Assembly: GCA_002269645.1 (NCBI GenBank)
Contig: NIVC01000008.1
Span: 8,998-72,997 of the forward strand
DNA length: 64,000 nucleotides
Direction of reading: 5' to 3'
Origin: Macrostomum lignano
Lineage: Eukaryota
Shown: positions 1-13,300 of the stretch, in pieces
How positions within the stretch are numbered: the first letter of the stretch is position 1
Layout: each line of letters begins with the position of its first letter
Position numbers and translations under genes: made by a program
Notes under the pieces: generated by a model
The model's database searches: none
What the model was told of the DNA's origin: nothing
What the model saw: the letters and a program-made list of their open reading frames with translations, nothing else

Positions 1-395
1 GGTGTAGCTAGTGTGTCAGATCGGGTGTAGCTAGTGTGTCAGATCGGGTGTAGCTAGTGTGTCAGATCGGGTGTAGCTAGTGTGTCAGATCGGGTGTAGC
101 TAGCGTGTCAAATCGGGGAGCTAGTGTGTCAGATCGGGTGTAGCTAGTGTGTCAGATCGGGTGTAGCTAGCGTGTCAGATCGGGTGTAGCAAGTGTGTCA
201 GATCGGGAAGCTAGTGTGTCAAATCGGGGAACTAGTGTGTCAGGTCGGGTAGCTCGTGTGTCAGATCGGGTGTAGCTAGCATGTCAGATCGGGTGTAGCA
301 AGTGTGTCAGATCGGGTGTAGCTAGTGTGTCAGATCGGGGAGCTAGTGTGTCAAATCGGGGAGCTAGTGTGTCAGATCGGGTAGCTAGTGTGTCA
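1..395. repeat. 23-bp tandem minisatellite (GGTGTAGCTAGTGTGTCAGATCG)
   Basis: Period 23 visible from base 1; runs off the window start. Confidence 0.95.
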
Positions 396-750
396 GAATC
401 TAGTTTCAGAATCTGGTGTCAGAATCTAGTGTCAGGATCTAGTGTCACGATCTAGTGTCAGGATCTAGTGTCACGATCTAGTGTCAGGATCTAGTGTCGG
501 AATCTAATTTTAGGATCTAGTGTCGGAATCTAATGTCAGGATCTAGTGTCAGGATCTAGTGTCAGGATCTAGTGTCAGAACCTAGTGTCGGAATCTAGTG
601 TCAGGATCTAGTGTCGGAATCTAATGTCAGGATCTAGTGTCGGAATCTGGTGTCAGGATCTAGTGTCGGAATCTAATGTCAGGATCTAGTGTCAGGATCT
701 AGTGTCAGAATCTGGTGTCAGGATCTGGTGTCAGAATAAAGTGTCAGAAC
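396..750. repeat. 13-bp tandem minisatellite (ATCTAGTGTCAGG)
   Basis: Directly follows the 23-bp array and shares the CTAGTGT/GTCAG core. Confidence 0.9.
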
Positions 751-2164
751 CCAGAACGATTTTGTAGCCCCCCGCCAATGGCAACCTGGAAGCAGCGCTC
801 CGGCAGTCGGATCTGAACAGCCGGTCATAATGCAGGCTTTTAAAAACTTTTTCTAGCTCAGAATTCAAACGTCACGATGGAGACTGCTGAGTCTCTCTGT
901 GTGACCCCCTCGGTGATGCCGCCCCCAGCCGCTGACCAAAAGCTGTTATCGATCCATCAGTGAGTTCCGAAGCAGAGGTTTCAGCCAATCGATAAGAGAG
1001 TCGCACTGCTCTACACATAGTGCTGTTTTTAACCAGGAGCCAAGCTGCGAAATTCCTCATATATCGATGGGCATAATGCATTTTTCTCCCGTGTTTCTAT
1101 TCCCATTCTATCAGTAATCTCTCTCTCTCCCTCTCCCCCCCAGATATAAAAGTGCCGTTCTGAGCCCCGACCATCCGCGGAATCGCAGTGCAGAGGACGG
1201 CCTCAAGGCCAGAGCCTCGGGGGTGAGCTCTGACCCACAGGGGGGGGGGCAGCGGTCGCTCATGGGAGAGCGGATGTTTTCCCAAAAATGCGCCCGTTTG
1301 TTCAAGCCGGGGTCCACGCGAAATCCTCACTTTCTGTGAGCTGCTTTTTAATCGAATGGTCGCTTTTTAGCCTGCTCAAAGTTACACTGTATTCTCTACA
1401 CTGTGTAATATTCTATTCCTTTTTATTCTATTCTATTCTAGTATTCTATTCTATTTGGCAATGCTTTGACTGTTCTATATTATTTATCTATCCAAGTTGA
1501 TTAATATTCTGCCTTACTCTACCTATTCTCTACTCTACTGTCTACTCTACTCTCTACTCTACTCTAACTATGTTTCAATCTATCTCATCCTACTCTACTC
1601 TCTACTCTACTTGACTCTATTCTATCCTACTCAACTCTATTTTATTCCACCCAGCATGCGCACTCCGTCCCGTGCAGCAGCCGCTCGGCACCAGAGATGC
1701 CCAGTCAATTAAAAAGCATTCTCTTGCTCAGCCGCCTGGAGCTTAGCCCCCCCCCCCTGCCAACCGGCTCTGATCCTAATCCCACAGTTCTCAGTAATAT
1801 AAGTACAAATCGTCTTGATCCCCGAGATGGGCAACTCTTTCTCTCTTGAGTCATTCTTGAGCTCCACTATAATTTGAGAATAAGTTGCTGCACGGCTGAG
1901 CAGCCCGGGGCTCAGAAGCTGCGCCAGTTCTGCATCCTCCCGAACTGCTCCTGGCCAAATAAAAACCGCTGCTCCTAGGGGCAAATATTGGGACAGGGCC
2001 GCAGCTGGCTGGCATGGCAACCCAATCGTTCGCGAAAAATTAAGATTAGATCTTGGCGACCCGGGCCAGCACCGAGCCTGGGCGGGACGCTTTTTCATCT
2101 CAGGTTCGGGCAGTTATGACTATTCGAACTCTTGCTGAGCAGAGTGCTAATTGAGGGCAGGGGC

Positions 2165-2410
<246 letters not shown>

Positions 2411-2684
2411 ACGGACAAAAAATGATCAGCCAAACCAGCTTGGGCAGAAATTTTTCGAAATAAATCCCTAGAAATGGCGAAAAGTCAGTAAATGGAGAAC
2501 AAATTTCTGGGACACGGGTTCGCCTGCTGGGCCAGGAAAATTATTTGGCATAGTCGAGGCTTATTAAAAATTCGAATTTATTGTTGGGTTTAAGAAGAGC
2601 TTTGAAGAGAGGAGCACGAATATCCAGGATTTAGGGCTTGCATAAATCGTTAAACTGGTTCTGCATACCGTCCTGGGATTTACT

Positions 2685-3380
2685 CATAAACTCACAAATA
2701 AACTCATGAACTCACGGATAAACACATGAACTCACAGATAAACTCATGATCTCACAGAAAAGCTCATGATCTCACAGATAAACTCATGAACTCACAGATA
2801 AACTCATGAACTCACAGATAAACTCATGAACTCACAGATAAACTCATGAACTCACAGATAAACTCATGAACTCACAGATAAACTCATGATCTCACAGATA
2901 AACTCATGATCTCACAGATAAACTCATGAACTCACAGATAAACTCATGATCTCACAGATAAACTCATGAACTCACAGATAAGCTCATGATCTCACAGATA
3001 AGCTCATGAACTCACAGATAAACTCATGAACTCACAGATAAACTCATGAACTCACAGATAAACTCATGAACTCACAGATAAGCTCATGAACTCACAGATA
3101 AGCTCATGATCTCACAGATAAACTCATGATCTCACAGATAAACTCATGATCTCACAGATAAACTCATGATCTCACAGATAAGCTCATGATCTCACAGATA
3201 AACTCATGATCTCACAGATAAACTCATGAACTCACAGATAAACTCATGAACTCACAGATAAACTCATGATCTCACAGATAAACTCATGAACTCACAGATA
3301 AACTCATGAACTATCAGATAAACTCATGAACTCACAGATAAACTCATGAACTCACAGATAAACTCATGATCTCACAGACA
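2685..3380. repeat. 20-bp minisatellite (CTCACAGATAAACTCATGAA/T)
   Basis: About 34 near-identical units. Confidence 0.97.
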
Positions 3381-3885
3381 AACGCAGATCCTCTATACAC
3401 CCATTTGCCATCTGTGTGTCCATCTCTCTCTTTTTCTTATAATTTCATACGAAAATTTGATTAGCCAGAGAAACGAGATTGGGGTCGGCTAAAGAGCCGG
3501 TCTGAGCCGCGGGGCCGCGCCAATATTGCGCGCCAAGCGCCTAACAAATCTGAGGATCTGAGAGTGGGACTCGGGAATGCCGATTCCAATTTGACCGGCT
3601 GGGCAGAGGATAAATTGGAAGGAGATTTTGGCTTCTCAGTGAGAGTCTGGGACAGAGATTAATACCTGATGAGGCGGATGCTGCCTCCCTACCCTTATTT
3701 ATCGTGCTCCACTAGGTTGGGCTGGAAGCCTCCGCCCCAGAGTGCATGATTGATTGAGCTGCTCTTCCCCTACTGGAGCTGCCCATCAGTGCCCTGCGGT
3801 CTGCGGCACGTGGCGGCGTAACTTTGTTGTTATGCATGTTATTGAGGCCGGATATTGGGGGCAAAGAGATGAACCAATACAGTGC

Positions 3886-4365
<480 letters not shown>

Positions 4366-5269
4366 GACAGACTTTCTTGATCGACTGCACCCCGATCGCA
4401 GTCACAACAGAAGCCCAAAACAAAGCACAGTCCGCTAAGGTCGCGACCCCAGAATCCGCAGCTCCCTTGTCAGGTCAGGCATCTGTGACACGGGAAATTT
4501 GGTCAGCTGGTCAGATGATGTATCGCTGTTTATACAAAACACACCCGCTTAACACTTTTCACCGTGATACGCAGCAGCTGCGAGCCCCATCTCATGGCTC
4601 AGAGTATGAATATTCAATAAACGGGGCTCGCCAGCCGTAAAGCGCAGCCGCCGATCGTCCCCAACTGTTCACGTGAGCCCAAGGCAGGGCAGTCTGATTC
4701 CGCAACTTTTTATCCCGGCCGATACTGCAGAGAAGCAGCGGACGGAGCCGAAGCTCATGCAATATTAAATACGGCCTATTTTCAGCCAAAAGGGGCAACG
4801 ATGCCTCAACCCCACCTCCAAGAGACCTCCCGCTGCCTCCTTCCTTGGACCGTTCAAGACGAGGACGTCGTCCCCCTAGCCATAAAGTTCCAGCGCTGAT
4901 CTGAATGCGCGGCTGAGAAAGGACTGCGCCAGGGGATCTGTCCTCGCTTGACCTTCCGTGTTTCTCTCCAGCCATCAATCTGACCCTCTGTGTCAGTCTG
5001 CCTGTGTCCGCACCCCTGTGTCCGCACCCCTGTGTCTCTGCCTTCTGTTTGTGTCTGTTCCTCTGTGACTGTCAGTGTCTGTGTCTGTACTCACGTGTCT
5101 GTCATGTGTCTGTGTCTGTACCCACGTATCTGTCATCTGTCTGTGTCTCAACCCCCGTGTCTGTCATGTGTCCGTGTCTCTGACGTGTCTGTGATGTGTC
5201 TGTCAGGTGCTGACTGTCATGGTCTCCCAGGACGAACTGGCCGAGGCAACTGCAAAGCTCCTGGCACAA

Positions 5270-5510
5270 GTCTCAGAGTTGACGGTTGCCGGTTCACCCT
5301 GGGTTCTTCGTCCTACAAGACGACAGTGCTGACCGTGTCCGTCCAAGTGGCCGAAGTAACCCGTGGACAGAGTTTTAGATTGAGCTCTTTCGTCAGCAAC
5401 ATGGCGACTTTCATCAAGAGCCTGAAAGGGGGCGTTCCGAGAGTAATCACCACCGATCGGGGATCCCAAAGTTCATCTTCTAGGAGCTCAGCGACTTCCT
5501 AAAGTCGTAC
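5270..5510 (+). mobile_element. Decayed LTR-retrotransposon (Ty3/Gypsy-like) integrase core fragment
   Basis: Across frameshifts it reads YKTTVLTV..SKWP...GVPRVITTDRGSQ...ELSDFLKSYG, matching rve motifs (D..SKWPE; GVP..I.TD.G.QF). Confidence 0.65.
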
Positions 5511-6139
5511 GGCTTTCTACCAACCTCCTTCACTTTACAACAAGCTTCATCAGCCTCTCTATATCTGAGAAACGGGCAGCAAGGGCAGCAAGATTAATAT
5601 TTATTCACCGCACTATCAGGGGCCACACACCGGCACAGGAAGAGTGCAGACAGAACACACAGAGCTATCAATTAAGCGACTGCAGGATTACAGCGGTAAT
5701 TCTACAACAATCCACCCACACAGACCGTGGCTCTGGCCACTGTCATGCTGGGTGCGTGCCAACACGGGCACAGATTTAATCTGCATTTGCAGGCCACAGT
5801 CAATTCAAACCACCCGGGGCGCACGATTCCTTAACCTGACAGTAGAAACTCACCAATGAATTAACAATTTCTTTAAAGACAACTCCTAGAAGATTCTGGG
5901 ACACAATCTGTGAGGCTGCTCTCTCACACTTCTCTAGGATTCTTCCATTTACCTCTAGGGATTTCCGGCCATTGATTATGCTGATCGCTAATTACCAGCC
6001 GGCTGATTACCCGGGGGACCCGGAGGCCGGCCAGGCTGCGGTCGATGCAGGGCGCCGTTGGAGGAACAGAAAGCTGCCGTCTTGGTCTGACTTCGGTGGG
6101 CAAATCTTTTTTATGAGACGTAAAAATTCACGTCGCTCA

Positions 6140-6490
6140 AGCATCTCTGAGATTTGTTTGAACTTGGAGATTTCCTGATTGAGATTAGGAGATCTCATGT
6201 TTAAGATTGGGAGATCTCCTGTTCGAGATTGGGAGATCTCATGCTTGAGATTAGAGATCTCATGTTTGAGCTTGAAAGATCTCGTGTTTGAGATTGGGAA
6301 ATCTCATGTTTGAGATTGGGAGATCTCCTTTTGAGCTTGGAAGATCTTATGTTTGAGATTGTGAGATCTCATGTTAGAGATCGGGATATTTCCTGTTTGA
6401 GATGGGGAGATCTCATGTTTGAGATTTGGAGATTTCCTGACTGCGATTGGGAGATTTCATTTTTGATTTCAACTTTTGAAATGGGCAGAT
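6140..6490. repeat. Degenerate ~22-bp minisatellite (GGGAGATCTCATGTTTGAGATT)
   Basis: Repeated GAGATCTC / TTTGAGATT units. Confidence 0.85.
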
Positions 6491-6757
6491 CTCTGAGCAA
6501 GCAAAACCGGTGTGAGTGTGTGAGTGTGTGTGTGTTCTTACATTCTCCCACCGAAAAATGTGTTCCGACAGCCATTCAGGCTGCCTAAAAGGGCAGACAG
6601 CGCGGATTTAAAAGAAAGCGCCGGCCGCGACTGCGCCAAAACGCTAATTGGAACGGACGGGCACTCAAGGAACCTGAGAGATGAGAGGACAGAGGGCTGC
6701 AGGGCTGAGCTATATTGAGACTGCTAATGTAGTCTGGGGCTGAGCCGAGGAATACGA

Positions 6758-7330
6758 GTGAATGGATTGCTAATCTAGCCAACGAAAATGAAGGAATAGA
6801 ATGGATTGCTAATCTAGCCAACGAAAATGAAGGAATAGAATGGATTGCTAATCTAGCCAACGAAAATGAAGGAATACAATGGATTGCTAATCTAGCCAAC
6901 GAAAATGAAGGAATAGAATGGATTGCTAATCTAGCCAACGAAAATGAAGGAATAGAATGGATTGCTAATCTAGCCAACGAAAATGAAGGAATACAATGGA
7001 TTGCTAATCTATAGCCAATACAAATGAATTAGAATAGAATGGATTGCTAATCTAGCCAAGGAAAATGAAGGAATACAATGGATTGCTAATCTAGCCAATA
7101 CAAATGAAGGAATAGAATGGATTGCTAATCTAGCCAATGCAAATGAATTGGAATAGAATGGATTGCTAATCTAGCCAATACAAATGAAGGAATAGAATGG
7201 ATTGCTAATCTAGCCAATGCAAATGAATTGGAATAGAATGGATTGCTAATCTAGCCAACGAAAATGAAGGAATAGAATGGATTGCTAATCTAGCCAATAC
7301 AAATGAATTGAAATAAAATGGATTGCCAAT
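6758..7330. repeat. 39-bp minisatellite (GAATGGATTGCTAATCTAGCCAACGAAAATGAAGGAATA)
   Basis: About 14 units. Confidence 0.95.
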
Positions 7331-7672
7331 CTCTATCCCCGATTTTGAAAGACATACCGCAATGGAAAGTAAGTTTAGTTGTTCTTTTACGCGTAGTCAT
7401 CCAGTATTTAGGTTAGTGACAGCAGCAGATTTTATCTGTGACGAAGCTGATGATGATGACTAATCGGTGAAGTACATTGTAATCGGGAACCAAGTGTGTT
7501 GCATGACATACCTTTAGCGTTAAGCCGGCTGCTTAGTAATCGTCAGCAGTCAAATTCCAATGCACATGTCAGCCACCCCATTATGCACGTGTGGCATAAA
7601 TTAGTCACCCCTGTTTACATGAATGTACACTGCAGCGTCACAAAACACATTGGTCAGACCCGCGTTTGCGTG

Positions 7673-7679
7673 TATAAAA
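7673..7679 (+). promoter_or_regulatory. TATA box of the secreted IL-17-like gene
   Basis: TATAAAA about 75 bp upstream of ATG 7750; AATAAA at 8731-8736 downstream of the stop. Confidence 0.55.
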
Positions 7680-7749
7680 TACGAGGCGCTATGCTACGAG
7701 AGTAACCCCCGTAAAAAGTGACCAGAATTACAGTTTCCAGATAGCAAGC

Positions 7750-8589
7750 ATGACTAAAGTTTCGAGAGCATTGACTTCTCCGCCTCTCATGCTGCTGCTG
7801 CTGCTGCTGCTGGCGGCTGCTCAGCAAGTGCGGCCTCAAATTCACGGCTACCCAGTGCCGCAGCCTGGCCATCATCCGCCACCGAAGCGTCTGCCAACCA
7901 CAGCGCGCGAAGCCCGCCAGATTCTCAACGTGAGCAGCAGCATCAACTGTCACTCAGGCTCCCCGGCAGAGGAGCCGCAGTTCCTGTTCGACCACCTGTG
8001 CCCCACTAAATTCCTGGCAACCGACGGTCCGCCAGCAGCAGGGAATCGACGCGATGCCGCGGGGATTCCAATCCACCGGGTGCAGCGCTCCACCTGCGCC
8101 TGCTCAGGACAGCGGGGAGTCAAGACTAACAGCGGCGGCGCCTCCTGTGTCACAGTGAAGCTGCCGGTCACGGAGCTGCAGCCGCTGCCCATCGACGGTG
8201 ACTCGTCGGGCAGGCCACGCTTCGTGGAGACCGTCCAGCTGCAGCAGGTCGGCTGCGCGGCCGTCCTGGAGTCGCTTGCCGCCGACGCCAACAGAGACAT
8301 TGTGCTGACTGGCAAGGACCTCCGCGACGCTAGACGCTCCCTATCCGGTGCCGAGCTGTTCCGCCCGGCCGTCTGCTCGCCCTCTGTGTCGCCGAGGACC
8401 GCGGCGCCGTCCTACAGCGTTCGCGTGAATAAGCAGCTGCGCCCGATGATTCGGCCGGTGGCCCGCTGCTACTGCCCCGGCCAGGTGCCCGTGATGCTGC
8501 CGATCACGGTGCTGCGGCTCATGCCGGGCGGTCAGCTGCGCGACGACGTTGAGACGGTGAGCGTCGGCTGCGCCGTGCCAGCGGAATGA
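7750..8589 (+). CDS. Secreted 279-aa protein with two tandem IL-17-like cystine-knot domains
   Basis: Single GC-rich ORF with signal peptide (MLLLLLLLAAA). Two internal copies of the pattern C..P/R.P..(A)xCxC...V..P(I/V)..L...VGC: HLCP..IPIHRVQRSTCAC..CVTVKLPVTEL..QQVGCAAV and SPRTAAPSYSVRVNKQLRPMIRPVARCYC..VPVMLPITVLR..ETVSVGCAV. The CDS is well supported; the family call is motif-based. Confidence 0.75.
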   Translation: MTKVSRALTSPPLMLLLLLLLAAAQQVRPQIHGYPVPQPGHHPPPKRLPTTAREARQILNVSSSINCHSGSPAEEPQFLFDHLCPTKFLATDGPPAAGNRRDAAGIPIHRVQRSTCACSGQRGVKTNSGGASCVTVKLPVTELQPLPIDGDSSGRPRFVETVQLQQVGCAAVLESLAADANRDIVLTGKDLRDARRSLSGAELFRPAVCSPSVSPRTAAPSYSVRVNKQLRPMIRPVARCYCPGQVPVMLPITVLRLMPGGQLRDDVETVSVGCAVPAE

Positions 8590-10340
8590 CATCTGAGTGC
8601 CAAGCGGAACTATTCATCATTTAGCCACCGTGAATATTTATTACTGCATGCATGCACAGACATCGAGCACAAAACCAATACTCTCGTAGCTTGCGTGCAT
8701 ATTTTTCGAAGCGTTTTTATTACAATTCAAAATAAAATGACTTTACTCGCTTCATACTATTGACTTGGCATGTAGTTAGTAGTTTAGAATAGAGTAATGT
8801 CTTTTATTACAAGAAACAACACAAGAAACGCAGAGTACTTAGCCCAATGTTTTAGCCGGCAACATAATGACCGATTTATTTTTATTAGTCCACAGGTGTT
8901 TAGACCATTAAAACAGAGCTTAGCTTACATTGACTGGGACAAACAGACAATGACAAGAATTTTATTCTAAACAAATAAAGTGCATCAAACTATTCGATTC
9001 TCAGCCTTAAAAAGTTTAATTACTGCATTTCCGAAACCAGAAGCTGGAGAGAAACACCACATCCGAGAGCAAACGTTTCTTAATAGCTAGTTTTATTTCA
9101 ACAAAAACAGCGCTCAGTCCACACGCATTTCTAGTTTTGGGCCTCGTTGGCACGCACAATTTTTACAGTGCAGGTTTTTTTTATTCTACTAAAAGTAACA
9201 AGGACAGAAAATTATAACGAATTTTTGCGAGTATATAACACAACAGGTCTCTAGCTTATACACTCTGCATTAGGCTGAACCACAAAGAATTCGATGGCGC
9301 CACTAATTCAATAAATCTAGCTATAATGGAAAGCTATAAATATAACAATAGCACTCAGATAACAGGCCGGTGAAATAAAAAGTAGGCGAACATTGCGCAC
9401 TAATTCAAACTGCTGGTCTGCGGAATTGACACCGAAAAAAAATTAATTAAACACACCGGAACTGCGACAGGTTTATATATTGATTAGCTTGAAACTGATG
9501 TATAGTAAATTAGTATAAATTTGCAATGAAGCAATGCGAAAGAGCCAATTGTTGGGAGGACCCACGGTAGAGCAGTACTGGAAGCGCAGAACTCACTGGG
9601 GGCCAGATAAAACACACAATCAGACACCCCAAGCTGCATGTCAGGTGATTAGAGCGGTGCGTGAGAATCCGACACCAGGAGAGCCCCCTCCCCACTGATT
9701 CCTCAAGACAAAAGCAAAGCGGAATTCGGAGAACTGCCGTTCCATTAGTTGTCAACTTTTCAAGCCAGTCCAGATTACTGTTTAGCTCAGTTGGGGCTTG
9801 GATGGCCCGATTCGAAATATGAATTATAATGACGCAGAAACGGGACAGTTGGTATTCGGTTAACGCTTAATTCGGTGCACATAAGGAGAGCCGGAGGTGC
9901 TGAACAGTTGGACCGAGGCCGCGCACACAGCCAGAATATCAATTATGGCTAGAATCCAAGAACAATAGCAAAATACAAGGTCAGAATGCTTCGTGTTTCG
10001 GTTTGCGCTGAATTATTTCAGAAATCGGGGGCTGGGAGGCGGGCTAATAACTGGTTTAAATTAACTCTTCTAATGCTACAATAGAACCAATTTAGCAACA
10101 TGCGAATAATTCAAACTAGCAAGCCGTAGTATTATAAACGGGCTCTGTATTTCCAAATAACAGTTAAACCATGCAAAAGCAAGCGAAACAATCAAGGGGG
10201 GAGGCAACAGCGCACACAAACACAGACAAACAAGTAGAACAAGAACAAAGACGAACAAAATTGTCAATCAAATATGAAATAACTTTATAGTTTAAAAGTC
10301 ATGCCGGGCTCCAGAGCCATAGGTGAATGTTGAACCCATT

Positions 10341-13300
10341 CTACAGCTCCTCCTTCTTCTTGTCGTCCTGGGACTCGGCACCCTGAAGTAACGATGGCTT
10401 GATTAAGAAACTGGAAGTAGGACTCTAAATAAGACAAAGCAAAATAACAGACGAGTGGGCACACTTACCGCATCCTTGACCTGCTTGCCGCCGGACTCCA
10501 GGAACTTCTTGAAGCCCTCCAGAGTGCGGTCGCCCTCGTAGTCGATGATCTCATCGGAGTTGGCTGGGAAGAACTTGATGGTGGGGAAGGACTGCACCTT
10601 GACGTCCTCGACCTCGTTGGCCGTGGAGTCCATCTTGGCGATGACGATGTTCTCGTGGTTCTTGTACTCCTCGCCCAGCTTGTCCCAGATCGGGGCCAGC
10701 TGCTTGCAGTGGCCGCACCAGGGAGCGTAGAACTCAACCAGCACGTTCTTAGTCTTGTCGCGGGCAACCTCGTTGAAGTTCTTGCCAACCAGCACCTTGA
10801 CGGGCTCCTTGTCCCAGTCGGCCGGCACTTCCTGGGACATGAGGTGCGGCTTCAGCTTGCCGTCCAATACGCTCTGCACAAACTGGGCCAAGTTGTCGGC
10901 GGTGATGTCGGTAAACTCCGGCTTGTACTTGACCATGTCCTCGTCCAGGGCGATGAATCGGACGGCCGGGCAATCCTCTTTCTTCAGGCCGAAGAACTCC
11001 AGAATGCGCTCGTTATCCTCGACACCGATGTCGACGTAGATGAACAGAGCCTTGCCTGCGGAGGAAGCGGTTGGTTTTTATATGAGAAACAATGCAACAT
11101 TGACTGAGTAACCATCTCTAGTAAGATCAGTGAAGCCATTACAGTTTACAATAGAGCCACAGTGTGTTAGCCCAGTGTTGTTACTAAGGAACAACAACGA
11201 CAAGACAATTGAAAAAATAGTTTGTGAAACAGGAATATGGGGTTCCTCTCAACATCTGACAAGGAAATACTCAATAGTTACAAAGCATATAAATGGAAGA
11301 CAGGAGAGATAATAGCAACCTCAACCTTTAATTATATCACTTTACCTCTCTTCTTCCCCAAAGCCAACAAATTGGCAGCAGATCAATGCAATTTGATTGG
11401 CATACTGGGACATAGTTGACCAAATATTTGGTCTGGATAAAAAATCAGTGGAAACGTAGGTGGGTTAGAAAGGATTGATTTGAGAGACAACCAGTTCACT
11501 GATCAGTTGTGGAGACCTCAAAAGCAAACTTGACTCACCCTTGAACTGCTCAGCGGGAGCCTTCAACTGGTCCATGATGTTGGAGAACTGGGCCTCGTCC
11601 GATTTCTTCAGGAACACGAGCAGGTGCTTCTTAACATCGCCGCCAAAGATGTCGCCAGCGGTCTCCTGGGTGAACTCGTTGATCAGGGGCAGCTTGTTGT
11701 TCTTGACAAACTTGGCGACCTCATCAGCAGTGAAGGGTCCAGTATAGGGGATCCTGGCGCCGTCGGTCTTCTTGAACAGCATGACAGTGTCCTGGTCGAC
11801 CTTGAATTCGGCCATGATATCGGCGCTGTCAGCCATACCGCAGGGGATGTCCTCCAGCTTGGAGAAGGCGGCATCCTCATAGCTCTTAGCACTGTCTGAG
11901 GTGGTGTCCTTGAAGAATCCAATCACAGTAATTTCCTTGTCATTGATGAACTTCTGGGCAGCATCCACAGAGTCCAGGCGCTGGGTAGGTGGGCCAAGCT
12001 TCTTCTCTAGCCAGGAAATGATGGTGTCAGCAGTGCGGCCGCCACTGTATTCAATGGGAGTCTGCTCCTTGAAAAACTTGATAGTTGGGTAGCCTTGCAC
12101 ACCATACTTCTCAGCCAGTTTGCCCTCAACAGTGGCATCAACCTTGGCCAGCTTGATCTCAGAGTTCTTTTCCTTTAGCTGTTGAGCAGCCTTGGCATAC
12201 TCTGGAGCCAGAGCCTTGCAATGACCACACCATGGGGCATCTAAAAAAGAAATCAATATATATAGCTAATTAATTTTTTTAAATAAATAGTAATATCATA
12301 TTCAAGCTGCCTAGATGAGATAATTAAAATGTTTATAAGTATATGGAAAATTCTAACTTGGGAAGCCCTATTTTTTATACTAAAACTAAAAGCAATGCTT
12401 ATAAAATTATTGGCAATCATTTACTTTAGGAAATTTAATTTCTTGAAAGTTTATGGTTTGTTTGAGTGAATGCAAAATGATGTTTAAAATGAATTATTGG
12501 CATAATCTTTAATTAAAATTAGGTATGCACAGTTAGGGTACATCACTCCTAAGAAAATACTATGCATGCAATGCCATGCACACATGGCATGCACTTTATA
12601 GAATCACGCATAAGAGTTATTATGAAGTAGAAAAAAATGAAAGTTAATTTATAAGCATAAATTTTAATTTTGCCAATTTTTTCAAGCTTGTAAGAAGCAT
12701 TTAAAGAAATATTTGCCTGTATCAATTTTTGCTATAAATAATATTGCCAAAAAACATAAAAATCAACTAAATTATTTGCAAATAAAGGCACATTTTTAAG
12801 AATAGGTGTGCACTAAATTTTTTTCAGCATGCATTTGTAACTATTTAATTTTTTTTGGGCATGCACCCAGCATGATTTGGACAATGGGATATAATAGACT
12901 CATAACACAAGCAGTTACAAAACTTAATGAGCTTAATAAACCACAAAGTCAAAATCTATAGCTAGCCACCTATTTGCATATTACTATATTAATTCATTGT
13001 TAAATTATTGTTTATCTATTAGACCATCCATTCACCAGTTTCATTAGTTGACAATTGACAATCTTAGTCAATCTATCCATTGAAACTCATCAATTTATCA
13101 ATTTGATTGAATCTGCCTTTAATAAAAGATTCTTAGAAATTTAGGACTAAAGTCAATGAAGAATACAATTAAATATGCAAAAGTTAAAGATTGTTAATTT
13201 TTCCATTAAAGTATTATTATTAGAGTATGATTAATATATTATATTTTTTTATGCATTGCATTGCATATTATACAATATTCAATTAGGCCCTAGTCTAATA

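Noticed and set aside
1709-2098. 129-aa ORF vaguely resembling a Gag N-terminus
   Set aside because: No diagnostic motif, so no assignment can be supported without a search.
2685-3380. CRISPR-like regular arrays (also 23290-24085, 49725-50448, 59235-59720)
   Set aside because: Head-to-tail identical units with no unique spacers, no cas genes, and a eukaryotic context.
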